64,000 nucleotides of DNA. Origin: Octopus sinensis. Lineage: Eukaryota. A program made the position numbers and the translations under genes. The notes under the pieces were generated by a model. That model was not told where the DNA came from, ran no database searches, and was given only the letters and a program-made list of their open reading frames with translations. Each line of letters opens with the position of its first letter. The first letter of the stretch is position 1. Below are positions 25,547 to 38,856 of this stretch, in pieces. The stretch lies in the NCBI RefSeq assembly GCF_006345805.1, contig NC_043001.1:113956001-114020000 (forward strand). The letters run 5' to 3'.

Positions 25547-27235
25547 GAAACCATGAATTATGTCTGTGTATACGCGTATGTATACGACAGATTACATGGA
25601 AAACTTTGGCGCACAATGGTAATTACTACAATATTGTTTTACTTGTTCCATATACATATAGACATTTTCATTTTATGAAAATCTTTAATACACTTAATAT
25701 CCCATCCAGTTTATATTGTTTCTTTTCTTTTTCATCTTCTTAAATCGATTTTCATATTTCATTAAAATCAATTGATCTATGTCTTTTCATATATCTCTTC
25801 CTCTCTCAAATTTTCTCTCTCTCCATATATATAAATATATATACACATACATACCTACACACACATGTACACATATATATTCCTTTATAACCTCGTTATT
25901 ATGGATACTTTGAAAGTTGTCTCTCTGCAGTGGTAAGAATACAAATGTGTATTGTAAGATACTCGGCTCAGACACGCCATGCACATACAGACTACACACA
26001 TACACATTTGCAAATAGTAGCACACATTCACGACAAAAAATCGATATAATTTTCGAATATTAGATATTAAATGCATGCATGTCTATTATACGTGCATTTC
26101 TATACACGCGCACCAAGGGACACGCACAAATCTAGATACACACATATACAAACATAGAAATGCACACATGTATATATACGATGTGTTTACACACACGTCT
26201 AGGTACACATGTGGTTACACACACACAAGCGCACGAACACAAACATATACTGAGATACAGACATATATGCTCATCTGTGTTCATCTGCGCCTATGTATAC
26301 GCGCGCCAGTGTTTGTGTGTTCAGATGATGCCAGACAGCTCCCAGTATTTTTTGCTGATATCGAATGGATGCACATTGGATTTTACAAACTTGATAAAAA
26401 CTTTGCAGAAAAAGATTAGTGTACGTAATTTCTTTCCTAGTTTTTAAAACATCCACTGTTTCAACTGATTCAAATCAGTGTTTGCGTCGTTCACATCTCT
26501 CTGTCCTTCTTCCCTCTCTTCACACTATCTCCCTCTCTTTCCGCTTTCTTCTAATTTAGTTCTCTTCGTATTTTCGTGTTTTTGGAGTCGATATCACTGG
26601 ACGCTACTTTGGCGCAAGTATTTTATGCCATCGGTTTAGTTCGTTTAATACCATCAAATGTCTAGATGGACCATGTCCTGTTTATGGGTAGTAGACTTAA
26701 TCGGTCACATTATCTTGCAAGTATTCAAGCCAGTTCTTGAAAATCTCCAAGGGCATGGCTGTTATTTAACTTCTGACTAATCCGTAAGAGAAACGTTAAG
26801 ATTAATTAGTTGAAGAGGATATTTCCAAATCGATAGAGCTACATGTTTCCTGTTAAACAGTTCATGTAATTTTCCCCGCCAAAAATCATTTCCTTCTTCT
26901 GAAATCATGTAGGTTTTTGATTTAGCCTTATAGGTTAATAAATAATATTTAGTTGATTCTTATTGTTATTCTTTTATTCAATCTGACGTCTAACCTAATC
27001 AAAGAAAATTAGTCTTGATCATCCCCTTTTTGCTTTATATGTCTGGCAATAAATTGTAAGACTACATGGTTTTATTTAAGGGAAATTTGACTAGAAATAC
27101 TTTAAAGAACACCGACGTGTTTATTCTTTGTTGATCACCAATTGTTTGTAGTAAAAAAAAAAAACATACTGAAATGGATTTTTATTTATTTTTATATATT
27201 TATATATTTTTATCTATGCTTTATATCCAGAAATT

Positions 27236-27445
27236 AGGGCGGCGAGCAAGCAGGATCGTTAGCACGCCGGACAAAATGCTTCAAGGCATTTCGTCAGCTT
27301 TTACCTTCTGAGTTCAAATTCCACCGAAGTCTACTTTGCCTTTCATCCAATAGGGGTCAATGAAATAAGTACCTTTGAGGAGTCGATGTAATCGATTTAC
27401 ACACTTCCACGAAAGTATTGGCCGTGTGCGCCAAAATTTGGAAAC
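27236..27445 (+). mobile_element. Older SINE family B variant (alternative 3' end ..ggccgtgtgcgccaaaatttggaaac)
   Basis: Family B head and body with a different tail. Similar decayed copies lie near 14890-15080, 44770-44900, 50330-51000, 51660-51835, 52740-52920 and 61858-62460. Confidence 0.7.
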
Positions 27446-27900
27446 AGTGCATCCAGAAATTGCAAAGTCTTAGAAAATTAATTTGTTTAACTGTGAGTAA
27501 ATCTTGAGGCATTTCTTATAAAATTATGGAATGCTCTCAATAGGAATGTTCTCAGTCTTAGACATGGTAACTGTGTTCTTAAGTTGTTCGCTTATTCTAC
27601 CTGATTTAATCTCACATAATCGACATCTACGCCTTTAAGCATAATAATCAGGTACACAGCTGCTTTGTGAGAGGAATTTGTTACATTGAAGCTGTGTATA
27701 TGTGCGTATTATGTAAGATATAGTGAGACGCGTATATTTGTGTATGCAATATATATATATATATATATAATATATATATATATTATATATAGTTGCATAT
27801 ATACGAATACACGTATAGGCACACACAGACATATACGTGTATATGCACGTATACATAATATGTATATATATATATATATGTATGTATGTATATACATACA

Positions 27901-27932
<32 letters not shown>

Positions 27933-28515
27933 CACTCTTTTACTGTTTTATTCGTTTCAGCGATATGACTGCGGTCATGCTGGAGCAGAACACAACAGAG
28001 GATATACTGGATGTTGTGGTGTATATATTAAGAGAATAACATCTCTCTTCTAGGCAATAACATGTTCAAAATACTCGTTTTATTGGCCCACGGTGCTCTG
28101 GGACACCGGTGTTTTCATACGTTATGTGTCAGCAACATGAATCAGCTGCACCTTTGAGTGCAACCAAAGCCGTTGTCTTTGTTTATGGATTCAGCGGCAA
28201 AAAAATAAATAATACCTTCGTTGCATCGTCTACACTTGTATTAGTAATCGAACTTTGCATACTTCTTCTTAACACGTCTAGGCAGGTTCAGACACAACAT
28301 ATGCTTGGTGCTATACAGTTCAACACATTGTTGTCAAAGATGGATAATTATTCTCATGCGCCATTCACTAAAGCACCCAGCATATCTGGGGGTTTAGTTC
28401 ACAGTTGATCTAAACGATTATGTACGCTAGGTAAGTGCTGTAACGGATTACAAAGGGTCCAAGGTTAAAGCCGAGACGATAGTTATGGAGCCATTTCAGG
28501 TTTCCGATGCAGCGG

Positions 28516-28651
28516 ATATATAATTGTTAAAGAGGACAACAAATATTAAGGCATGGCAAGCATCTCAAGTTGTATACAATAATAATATTTTATACGACTT
28601 GAGATGTTTGCCTCGCCTTAATGTTTGTTGTCCTCTTTAAAAATTGTATAT
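28516..28651. repeat. 136-bp near-perfect palindrome (foldback)
   Basis: Arms of 66 positions around the loop ataa (28582-28585), with 4 G-T and 4 other mismatches. Confidence 0.95.
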
Positions 28652-28705
28652 ATTTGTGTGTGTGTGTGTGTGTTTGTGTGTGTGTATGTGTGTGTGTGTT
28701 TGTGT

Positions 28706-28757
<52 letters not shown>

Positions 28758-28806
28758 ATGTCTGTATGTATGTATGTATGTACATGGAGTGGGTGTGTGG
28801 TAAGAT

Positions 28807-28988
28807 GGCGGCGAGCTGGCACAAACGTTAGCACATCGCCGAAGTCGACTTTACCTTCCATCCTTGATAAATTAAGTTGATAAATTAAGTACCAGTTACG
28901 CACTGGGGTCGATGTAATCGACTTAATCCCTTTGTCTGTCTTTGGTTGTCCCCCTACGTTCAGCCCCTTGTGGGCAATAAAGAAATAA
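28807..28988 (+). mobile_element. SINE family B lacking its B-box segment
   Basis: gttagcacatcgccgaagtcgac joins the head to the post-B-box region across a cgccg microhomology. Confidence 0.75.
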
Positions 28989-29128
28989 GAAGCTTCCTTT
29001 CCAGTCATATGGCGCCGGGTTCAGTCCCACAGCATAGCATCTTAGGCAAGTGTCTTCCACTATAGACTCGGGCCAACCAATGCTTTGTGAGAGGATTAGC
29101 TGGAAAGAAACCGAAAGAAATGTGTGTA

Positions 29129-29163
<35 letters not shown>

Positions 29164-29385
29164 TATGTGTGTGCGTGCGTGTGTGCGCATATGTCAGTGT
29201 TTGCCCCTCCCACCCCCAATCCCACCAGCACTTGACAAGCACTGTTGATGTTTTTATGTCCTCGTAATTTAGTGACTCGGCAGAAGAGCCATTGAAAAGT
29301 ACGAGGCACAATCGACGAAATTTTTCCAGGACGGTGCCCCAGCATGTCCGCAGTCTAATGACTGAAACAAGTAAAAGAATAGCAA
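28984..29385 (+). mobile_element. SINE family A, diverged, fused to an upstream family B SINE
   Basis: aagcttccttccagtcatatggcgccgggttcagtccc...gactgaaacaagtaaaagaata. Confidence 0.8.
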
Positions 29386-29404
29386 AATAAAAAAGTATAT
29401 ATTC

Positions 29405-29860
29405 TTTCATTCTTTTATTTGTTTCAGTCATTTGACTGCGGCCATACCACAACCATGCCGGATCACCGCCTTTAGTCGAACAAATCGAGCCCAGGACTTA
29501 TCCTTTGTTAGTCTAGTAATATTCTATCGGTTGCTTTTGCCAAACCGCCAATTTACGGAACGTAAACACACCAGCATCGGTTGTCAAGTGAGGGTGGGTG
29601 GATAAACACAGACACACAAATATACATACATACATGCTTGCCTACATACATACATACATACATACTTACATACATACATATATATACATATATATACATA
29701 TATACGACGGGCTTCTTTCAGTTTCCGTCTGCCAAATCCACTCACAAATCCACTCACAAGGCCCGAAGCTATAGTAGAAGACACTTGCCAAATATGCCAT
29801 ATCGTGGGACTAAACCTAGAGCCATGTGGTTGGTAAGCAATCTACATACCACACAGCCAA
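29405..29860 (-). mobile_element. SINE family A
   Basis: Reverse complement of family A from tttgtttcagtcatttgactgcggcc to taccacacagcca, with an internal (CATA)n. Confidence 0.85.
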
Positions 29861-29979
29861 AATATATTATACACCCCCACACACTCACATTGCAGATGTC
29901 ATACAAAAGTTATTAAACTTTCGAGAAAACGTGAACTAAGTCTAGGTAATATCGTGAAGCAAGCTCTCAGAGCTCTATA

Positions 29980-30033
29980 AATGCATACATACATACATAC
30001 ATACATACATACATACATACATACATACATACA

Positions 30034-30064
<31 letters not shown>

Positions 30065-30224
30065 TACATACATACATACATACATACATATATACATACA
30101 TATATATATACATAATACATACATACATACATACATATACATACATACATACACACATACATACATAACATACATACATACATAATACATACATCATACA
30201 TACATACATCATACATACATACAG

Positions 30225-30255
<31 letters not shown>

Positions 30256-30372
30256 TACATACATACATACATACACATATATATATATACATAGATACAT
30301 AAATACATACTACATACATACATACACACATACATACATACATACATATATACATACATACATACACATATA

Positions 30373-30408
<36 letters not shown>

Positions 30409-31094
30409 CATACATACATACATACATACATACATACATACATGCATACATACACACACATACATACATATATATATATACATAGATACATACATACATA
30501 CACACATACATACATACATACATATATACATACATACATACACATATATACATACATACATACATACATACATACATACATACATACATACATACACATA
30601 CATACATACATACGTACATACATACATACATACATACGTACATACATACATACATACATATATACATACATACATACATATATATATATACATAGATACA
30701 TAAATACATACATACATACATACATACACACATACATACATACATACATATATACATACATACATACACATATATACATACATACATATATATATACATA
30801 CATACATATACATACATACATACATACATACATACATGCATACATACACACACACATACATACATACATATATATATATACATAGATACATACATACATA
30901 CACACACATACATACATACATACATATATACATACATACATACACATATATACATACATACATACATACATACATACATACATACATACACATACATACA
31001 TACATACGTACATACATACATACATACATACATACGTACATACATACATACATACATACATATATACATACATATATATATATACATAGATACA

Positions 31095-31130
<36 letters not shown>

Positions 31131-31146
31131 TACGTGCATACATACA

Positions 31147-31182
<36 letters not shown>

Positions 31183-31290
31183 TACATGCATACATACATA
31201 CATACATACATACATACAAACATACATACATACATACATACATACATACATACATACATACAAACATACATACATACATACATACATACA

Positions 31291-31320
<30 letters not shown>
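29980..31320. repeat. ~1.35-kb compound (CATA)n/(TA)n microsatellite
   Basis: Direct reading. It produces the spurious MYVC/HTYI ORFs. Confidence 0.98.
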
Positions 31321-31321
<1 letters not shown>

Positions 31322-31670
31322 CCGTCTGCATGCACCTGTTTGAGTTTAGCTTTAACGTTAGGCTAAGTATAATTGATTAATCTGAACGTTTCACCGAAGA
31401 CTCTTATATCTTTTCTACCCAAGTTGTAACACAAATCTCTTTCAATCTTATAATCATAAAGGAAGTGTAACAAACCAGTGCTTCCTCTGTTTTGTACCCA
31501 CAACCAAAAGGCTATTGTTTACAAATGTGTTCGTACATCGTTCAGGAAAACCAAGCCTGTGGTAAAACTCAGAATAGATTGCCAGCTTTGATATCTATCT
31601 GTCTATCTATCAATCTGTCTATCTGTCTGTCTGTCGGTCTATCTATCGAACTAACTATCTATCTATCTGT

Positions 31671-31707
<37 letters not shown>

Positions 31708-31712
31708 ATCTC

Positions 31713-31750
<38 letters not shown>

Positions 31751-31751
31751 C

Positions 31752-31782
<31 letters not shown>

Positions 31783-32017
31783 CATTTTCCTTCCTACCTA
31801 CCTACATACCTACCTACCTACCTACCTACCTACCTACCTATCTACCTACCTACCTTCTTTCTATCTATCTATCTACCTACCTACCTTCTTTCTATCTATC
31901 TGTCTGTCTATCTATCTAACTATCTTTTGTTTTTTGTTTTTTTCCTCCCCCAAAAGAAAAGCTCTACCTTGTAACTTGTCCCCTCTGTGTGCATCCCTGT
32001 GTGGCCAATAAAGGAAC

Positions 32018-32075
<58 letters not shown>

Positions 32076-32272
32076 GTCTGTCTGTCTGTCTGTCTGTCTG
32101 TGTGTCTGTCTATCTATCTGTGTGCCTTATTGCCTGTCTGTATATGTATGAATATATTTGTAAATATCTTCAAATAGGTGCATGTGTGTGTGTATATATA
32201 TATATATGTATGTATGTATGTATTTATGTATGTATGTATGTATGTATGCATGTATGCATGTATGTATGCATG

Positions 32273-32306
<34 letters not shown>

Positions 32307-33164
32307 TAATAACAAGTTTATATGATGCTTCTTTCGAATATATAACGTTACATAGGACAGTTAACGCTAAATTTTATTCGATGCTGTACAACAAAACAAT
32401 CGCTAGAATATAATTACGAAGTGTCTAAGTGCGAATTAGTAGTTAGTACCTATAGATAAGATGTCTCGAAGCTATTTAGTTACGAGTAGAAGTATTAAGC
32501 GTACCAAAGCTATTAGTGCTTGTCAGTGTACACCGTAGTATAAATTGTAAAAACAAAAACAAAAACAAAAAAATAGCTTCTTGTCATATCGAATTTTATC
32601 AACATTTGATTTCCAATTAATCATTACCGGTACCTATATCTAATGATTTTACTCCAATCTGACTAGCGCACGAATGTTCTTCACTATTTTCTTGATTCTG
32701 TCAGATCTTGTCGACAATGAATGGCGCTAATTACATGACAGCAACAGATAATTCTCCGGTAATATCTCAAGTCTTGCTTGGCAGTACAGTGTCGAGTTGC
32801 CTTGCAGTCGTCTTCTGATCTATTGTGTCTGGTATTCTATCACTTGTTTTAATAGCATTGATTCCAAGAAACTGCTCCATCTAAGCAGCACGAGCAAACA
32901 TGTTAGATGGGAATCGGCACTCAAAGGAAATTGAATTCAACGGCAAAAAAATGAAGTAAGCTGGAACAGCGGCTGATAGCAATTAATAGTGAAATTTAAG
33001 ACTATGTGTGAACCACGCGCCATTCGTAATACTACAACTTTATAACAGTGATTAGTAAGATGTTGCTGTTGTTGTTGTTGTTGTTATTTAGCCCCAGGTC
33101 TTTTTTGGTCAAAGTGTTCTACACATGATCACCCTGTCTGTTTATTTGACATAATGAATATATA

Positions 33165-33395
33165 TTTCTTTACTGCCCACAAGTGGCTAAACATAGAGGG
33201 GACAAACAAGGACAGACAAAGGGATTAAGACGATTACATCGGCCCCAATGCGAAACTGGTACTTATTTAATCGACCCCGAAAGGATGAAAGGCAAAGTCG
33301 ACCTCGGCGGAATTGGAACTCAGAACGTAACGACAGTCGAAACACCGCTAAGCATTTCGCCCAGCGCGCTAACGTTTTTGCCAGCTCGCCGCCTT
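33165..33395 (-). mobile_element. SINE family B
   Basis: Reverse complement of family B from tttctttactgcccacaag to ccagctcgccgcc. Confidence 0.9.
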
Positions 33396-33737
33396 AAATG
33401 AATATAGGACCAGATTATCTGAGAGAATGAATTTAACTTCCTGTGATAAAAGACAGGTGAGCATGAAGAAGGACGATGTGGCAAAAAGTAAAAGAAAACA
33501 AACCTAGAAGAGAAAGGAGTAAAGTGTGAGATTTCGAAATAAATTACTGAAGGAATGCAAGCGTCAGTGCATTCCCTATTGGGAATTTTCGTTGTTAGAA
33601 TTTTCTTAATTGTTATTGTTCTTCAGTGAATTCTCGTCATTTTTCAACACATCACTTATCCCTTGTATTGTCCTTATTTGTTTTGTTTTAGGTCATTGTG
33701 GCCAATAAGCAATTATTGTTATTATTATTATTATTGT

Positions 33738-36400
33738 TCGGTAGTTTTATTTTTATAGCATGCTTTCACTTCACTACCGAGCGCAGCTCTGTGTGCCTTG
33801 GGTATGTGCTGTGATTTGTTGTGATGCTCTGATGGTTATTGTATGGAAAGTGTTCTGCGTAGGATGTGTGCAGTGCCTAGTAGTGCAATTTTCTGTATGT
33901 TATATGTGTTTGTAAGTCCTGGTGTTTTTGTTATGTATTTGTCTGAATATTTTTTTATCATGCCTAATGCACCTACGATGATAGGAATTGTTTCTGTTTT
34001 CAGATTCCACATTCTAGTTACCTCTATTTCCAGGTCTTTGTATTTTGAGAGTTTCTCCATTTCTTTTAGAGATACGTTGTTATCTGCCGGTATTGATACA
34101 TCAATTAGAAAGCATTTTTTTTCTTCATGATCCCTGACAACTATATCTGGTCTGTTGACCTTAATTTCTCTATCTGTGTGTATCGGCATATCCCAGAATA
34201 TGGTTGCTTTCTCGTTTTCTTTGACCTTTTCTGGTGTATGCCTATACCATCTTTTTTCTGTTGCTATTCCATAATGTTGGCATAGCTTCCAATGTATGTA
34301 GGTTCCAACTCTGTCATGTCTGTGAATATATTCCTTCTTAGCCAAGACTGGGCAGCTAGAGATAATATGATTTATTGTTTCTTGTCCATCTCCACATATT
34401 CTGCAGTTACTTGTAATATTTCTTTTCATTACATGTTTTTGGTAATTTCTGGTGGGGAGGCTTTGGTCTTGTGCTGCAATTAAAAGTCCCTCTGTTTCTG
34501 CTTTGAGTCCTGAGCTTCTCAACCATTGCTGGGATTTTTCTTTGTCTATTTCTTTTGCGTTTATTTTAGTGCAGTATTTACCATGAAGGGGCTTTTCTTG
34601 CCATCGTTTTATCATGGTTCGTTGCTGTTCTATTTTTAGTTTGGATTTCATTTGTTTTATAGCTTTTGTTGTTTCTTCATCTTCTTCTTCTTCTTCATGT
34701 TTATTAGGTGGTATGATTTTTTGTTTGTATTTGTCAGCTTCCTTAAATACTGAGAACAGTTTTTTGTTTTGCTCGTGTTTTGCCGTTATCTGGATCAGTT
34801 TTCCTTCCTTCTGAAGTAGATATTTTTGCAGTCCTATGGTGGTTATTTTATAGTAGTTTTCCAGCTGTATAAGGCCTCTACCACCTTCTATACGTTGTAT
34901 ATATAGTCTTTCTATGTCAGATTTTGGGTGATGCATCCTAGATCCTGTCATTATTTTTCTTGTTTTCCTATCTATTTTGGTCAGTTCATTTCGTGTCCAG
35001 TTAAGGATATTGTAGCTGTAACTTATAACTGGGACAGCTAAAGTGTTGAAACCTATTATCTTGTTTTTAGCATTGAGCTCTGTTTTTAGTATTGATCTAA
35101 CTCGTCTATAATATTCTTTTTTTATTTTCTCTTTCATTTGTGTGTGTTGTGTCTTATCTAGTTCATGGATTCCTAAGTATTTGTAAGTTTGGCTTTGGTC
35201 TAATTCTTTTATTTCATTGGTTTTATCTAGTGTGATGTTGTTACTCTTAACTAGTTTTCCTCTTTTCATGGTTATTTTGGCGCATTTTTCTAATCCAAAT
35301 TTCATATCTACTTCTTTGGTAAATCCATGAACTGTCTTTAATAGTGTTTCCAGCAGTTTGTCATTTGCAGCGTATAGTTTTAGGACATCCATATATAAAA
35401 GGTGGCTGATCGTTTGCCGTAACATTTATATCCGCATCCAGTTCTATTTAGCATATCAGGTAGAGGTGACAGTGCCAAGCAGAAAAGGAGTGGAGAGAGC
35501 GTGTCTCCCTGGAATATTCCTCTTCTAATGGGGATGTCTTTGGTTTTCATGAGTCCCTCTTTTGTTTGGAGGTGTATGACTGTTTGCCATTTATTCATAG
35601 AGTGCTCTATGAATTTTATGATTGTTGGTGCTACTTTGTTAATGGCTAGTGTTTCGAGGATCCATGTGTGGGGGATGCTATCAAACGCCTTTTTGTAGTC
35701 AATCCAGGCCATACTGAGGCCTTTCTTCTTTCTGTGGCTGTCTTCAGTTATGGCTTTATTAATCATTAGTTGATCTTTACAGCCATATGAGCCTGTTTCA
35801 TTTGATTTGGGAATTAAGATGGTTTTCCCCTTCGTGAGCCATTCAGGCATTGTCTCTGGCTCTGCTAGTACTTTGTTAAAGTTTTCAGCCAGCTTTTTGT
35901 GCATTCCTGTTAGATATTTCAACCAGAAGTTGGGGATCTTGTCATGCCCAGGTGCCTTCCAGTTGCTTAGTCTTTGCAGTGCATGGGTGACCTCTTCAGT
36001 TGTTATGGGGCTCCAAAGTTGTTCAGATGCCGAGTTTGTTATTCTGATACTCCTTTTTTTTGGTGGTTCGTTCGCCGACCATATTTCTCCCCAGAATTCT
36101 TCCAATTCTTCTGCCATTGGTGCTGCAGTGATTTTATTTTTTCCTAGTTCTTGGTAGAACTTTTTGGGGTTAGAGTTGAACTTTTTGTTTTCTTCAAAGA
36201 AGCGTTGGCGTTTCTTGTACCGGCGAATCCTTTGTGCTTTGGCAAGGATATCTTGCTTCAGCTTTTCTTTTATTTCAGGCAAATCTTTCTCTGTGATGTT
36301 ATATTTGCGGAGTATTTTTGTTCTCTTTTTGTTGCTCAGTAGCGTTGATTGTTTGCTGATTTCATTAAGAATCGACAGGTCTTTTCTAATTTTTTTTATT
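33738..36400 (-). mobile_element. R4/Dong-like RLE non-LTR retrotransposon, family A copy 1 (5'-truncated, internally deleted)
   Basis: RT motifs WKAPGHDKIPNFWLK, AWIDYKKAFDS and RGIFQGDTLSP are present, along with CCHC knuckle CRICGDGQETINHIISSC, RHD, and PD-(D/E)xK endonuclease NRPDIVV..IDVSIP..EKLSKYKDL. The ~95-bp 3'UTR ends in actaccga. (TTA)n lies on both sides (33716-33735 and 36408-36468). Confidence 0.95.
33836..36282 (-). pseudogene. Disabled RT-RLE ORF of family A copy 1
   Basis: Split into track ORFs 35380-36282 and 33836-35425 by a frameshift near 35420. The catalytic YMDD reads YMDV. An in-frame deletion at about 35793/35794 joins PKSNET directly to GSYGCKDQL. Confidence 0.9.
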
Positions 36401-36402
36401 TA

Positions 36403-36471
<69 letters not shown>

Positions 36472-36799
36472 ACTGTTCAATATTTGGTAGATTGAAACAA
36501 ATTTCTACTGCATCACCTGCTACGCCGTGTTGCTGGGTGTGTCCAGTATTGTGTGTTTTTTATGCTGTTGGGAGTGTGCGAACTCTTCTCGAGTCTGTTT
36601 TCTTTCCCCTTGAGGTGTGATGTTGTCTTTTCTTGTGTTACTACCTCTATTGTGTGTTGAGTGTCTAATGCTTTGGTTTTTTAGCTTGCCGGTGGAAGTT
36701 TATTTCACTGGGTAAATGATGTATACAGTGTGTCCTGTATTGGTGGGTTGTTTTGTTCAGGCTCTATCATTGTATTATTGGGCGTGCATAGAAGAAGCA

Positions 36800-38410
36800 G
36801 CATGAATGTACGTGGCCTGGTTTAACCTTGAAAGAGGGGTCAACTGCCCAACGACCTCAGGGCACTGACTGTTGATGTGGCAGCTATTAATGAAACCAGA
36901 AATTCCGACTCACGGGACTTTCAACCCATTTTCGGAGACTATGAGCTAGCTGCACACATCTCCAAGTCGTCCGGGGGCGGGAGGTGAAGTCGCCGTGAAG
37001 GTTTGGAAAAATCTGGTCCTAGCAATACGGACGATGTTCCTGGACCCGGAAGGTAAGTCGATGGTCCCGGGCGTGACAGGCATAGAAAGACAGGCTAGTT
37101 GCCGTCTATGCCGCGATATGAGCAGGACGACCAGGTTTCATTAGACATGTACAAAATTTTCTGAGTACGTCCTGCTCTTTAGTATTAGTGGGGGATTGGA
37201 ATGGTGTTTTCTAGCCGCTCTTTTCCGGTAACGATGGATAATTTCCAAAAATCTCTAGCTTGGCAGTGCTACCAGGGAGATTTGCCTGTTCGTGGTAAAC
37301 TTTGCAGGCACGAAAGTGCTGTCAACCGAGCATGTCCGAGATGCGCGCAGTACGATGTGACGGTACTGCATGTACTCATCCAGTGCCCGAGCATTGCTGA
37401 TGTGTGGGTTTATGTTGAGCAATTGGTGTCACGTGTAGGACGGATCCGGCTATCAAATGAATCTATCGTGATCGCCCCACCACCTTCTTTTATTAAGGAA
37501 AGACTGTGTTTATATGCCTCATGGCCATGGTAAAAGTTGTATGGTGGACGAAATTGAAGAGGCTGAAGACAAACACTTTTCTCTTTGGCCAATTCCTGAT
37601 CAACTTATTCAAGTCGACCTTTATTCTCTAGAAAAACCCCACCGCCGTGGTGATCTCATTCTCGCTCACAACATCATAAGCGGAAAGTGTAACCTCTCGA
37701 AAGAGCTGTTCTTCACTCCTGCTTCAGAGCGTCGGCTGCGGGGTCATTCCAAAAAGCTCTACCCGCGACGGTTTCATCTCAATCGAAGGAGAGGAGCTTT
37801 CTCCGTCCGGGTTGCGAATCCGTGGAACAAGCTGTCAGACGAGATGGTGAAGATGCCGACGACCGCTTTGTTCAAAGTCTCCCTTGACCTCAAGTGGCCT
37901 GAACTCTTTACATGAACACCACCCTGTACTTAACTCCATGTCCTCCTACATGGCCTTGCTTTTTGCTTTTGAGCCAAAAGATTAACTAACTAAGTAACTA
38001 ACAAACTAAGTTTCACTTGAAAAGGAAAACAAGGGTAGAGAGGGAAGATTTTGTCTTAGAGCCAGCTTGCTGAAAGGCGGATAAAAGTAGCGACAATGGT
38101 GCGAGTGAACGGGCCTAACCTGATCATACGTCTGTAGTTCAAAGAAAAAAAAAAGTAAAGGAACAGAGGCACCTGCGCCTAAAGTCAGGATGGCCATGGT
38201 CTTTATGTTATTTTCCATGAGCAGCCTTCGAACGTCTCCTCCCCATTGAGAACGACGCATTGTTGACATTTAAAAAATTTTGTTAGTCTTGTTTACACAA
38301 AAAGCCCTCACAACACGCATTCACACACATACACACACACATTCTTTCTTTTGTCTGGTATTTTCCATAATGTTTTTCTTAATGTAAACCCGTGTAGTTA
38401 ATAAAGAAAT
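36800..38410 (+). mobile_element. Tx1-like (L1 clade) LINE, internally deleted, interrupted by a CR1
   Basis: APE motifs SMNVRGL, DVAAINET, FLDPEGK, LVAVYA and LVGDWNGV (36800-37210) join directly to the C-terminal zinc knuckle CPRCAQYDVTVLHVLIQCP. The frame FLINLFK|FHLKRK resumes at 38008. aataaagaaat and an (ATT/ATC)n tract follow at about 38400. Confidence 0.75.
37615..38007 (+). mobile_element. CR1-clade LINE 3' end with (TAAC)n tail, nested in the Tx1-like element
   Basis: LYSLEK..RRGDLILAHNII..RLRGHSKKL..RRGAFSVRVANPWNKL..FKVSLD, tail actaactaagtaactaac. aagt is duplicated at 37611-37614 and 38008-38011. Confidence 0.85.
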
Positions 38411-38424
38411 CATCATCTTTATTA

Positions 38425-38498
<74 letters not shown>

Positions 38499-38558
38499 TA
38501 TTATTATTATCATCATTATTATTATCATTATTATTATTATTATATTATTATATTATTA

Positions 38559-38615
<57 letters not shown>

Positions 38616-38632
38616 CATCATCATTATTATTA

Positions 38633-38674
<42 letters not shown>

Positions 38675-38736
38675 TATTATTATTATTATTATTATCATTA
38701 TTATTATTATTATTATTATCATCATCATTATTATTA

Positions 38737-38773
<37 letters not shown>

Positions 38774-38808
38774 CATTATTATTATTATTATTATTATCAT
38801 CATTATTA

Positions 38809-38856
<48 letters not shown>

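Noticed and set aside
29967-31380. Long ORFs of 340-454 aa (MYVC.../HTYI...)
   Set aside because: Read-through of (CATA)n. They are open in several frames and on both strands.
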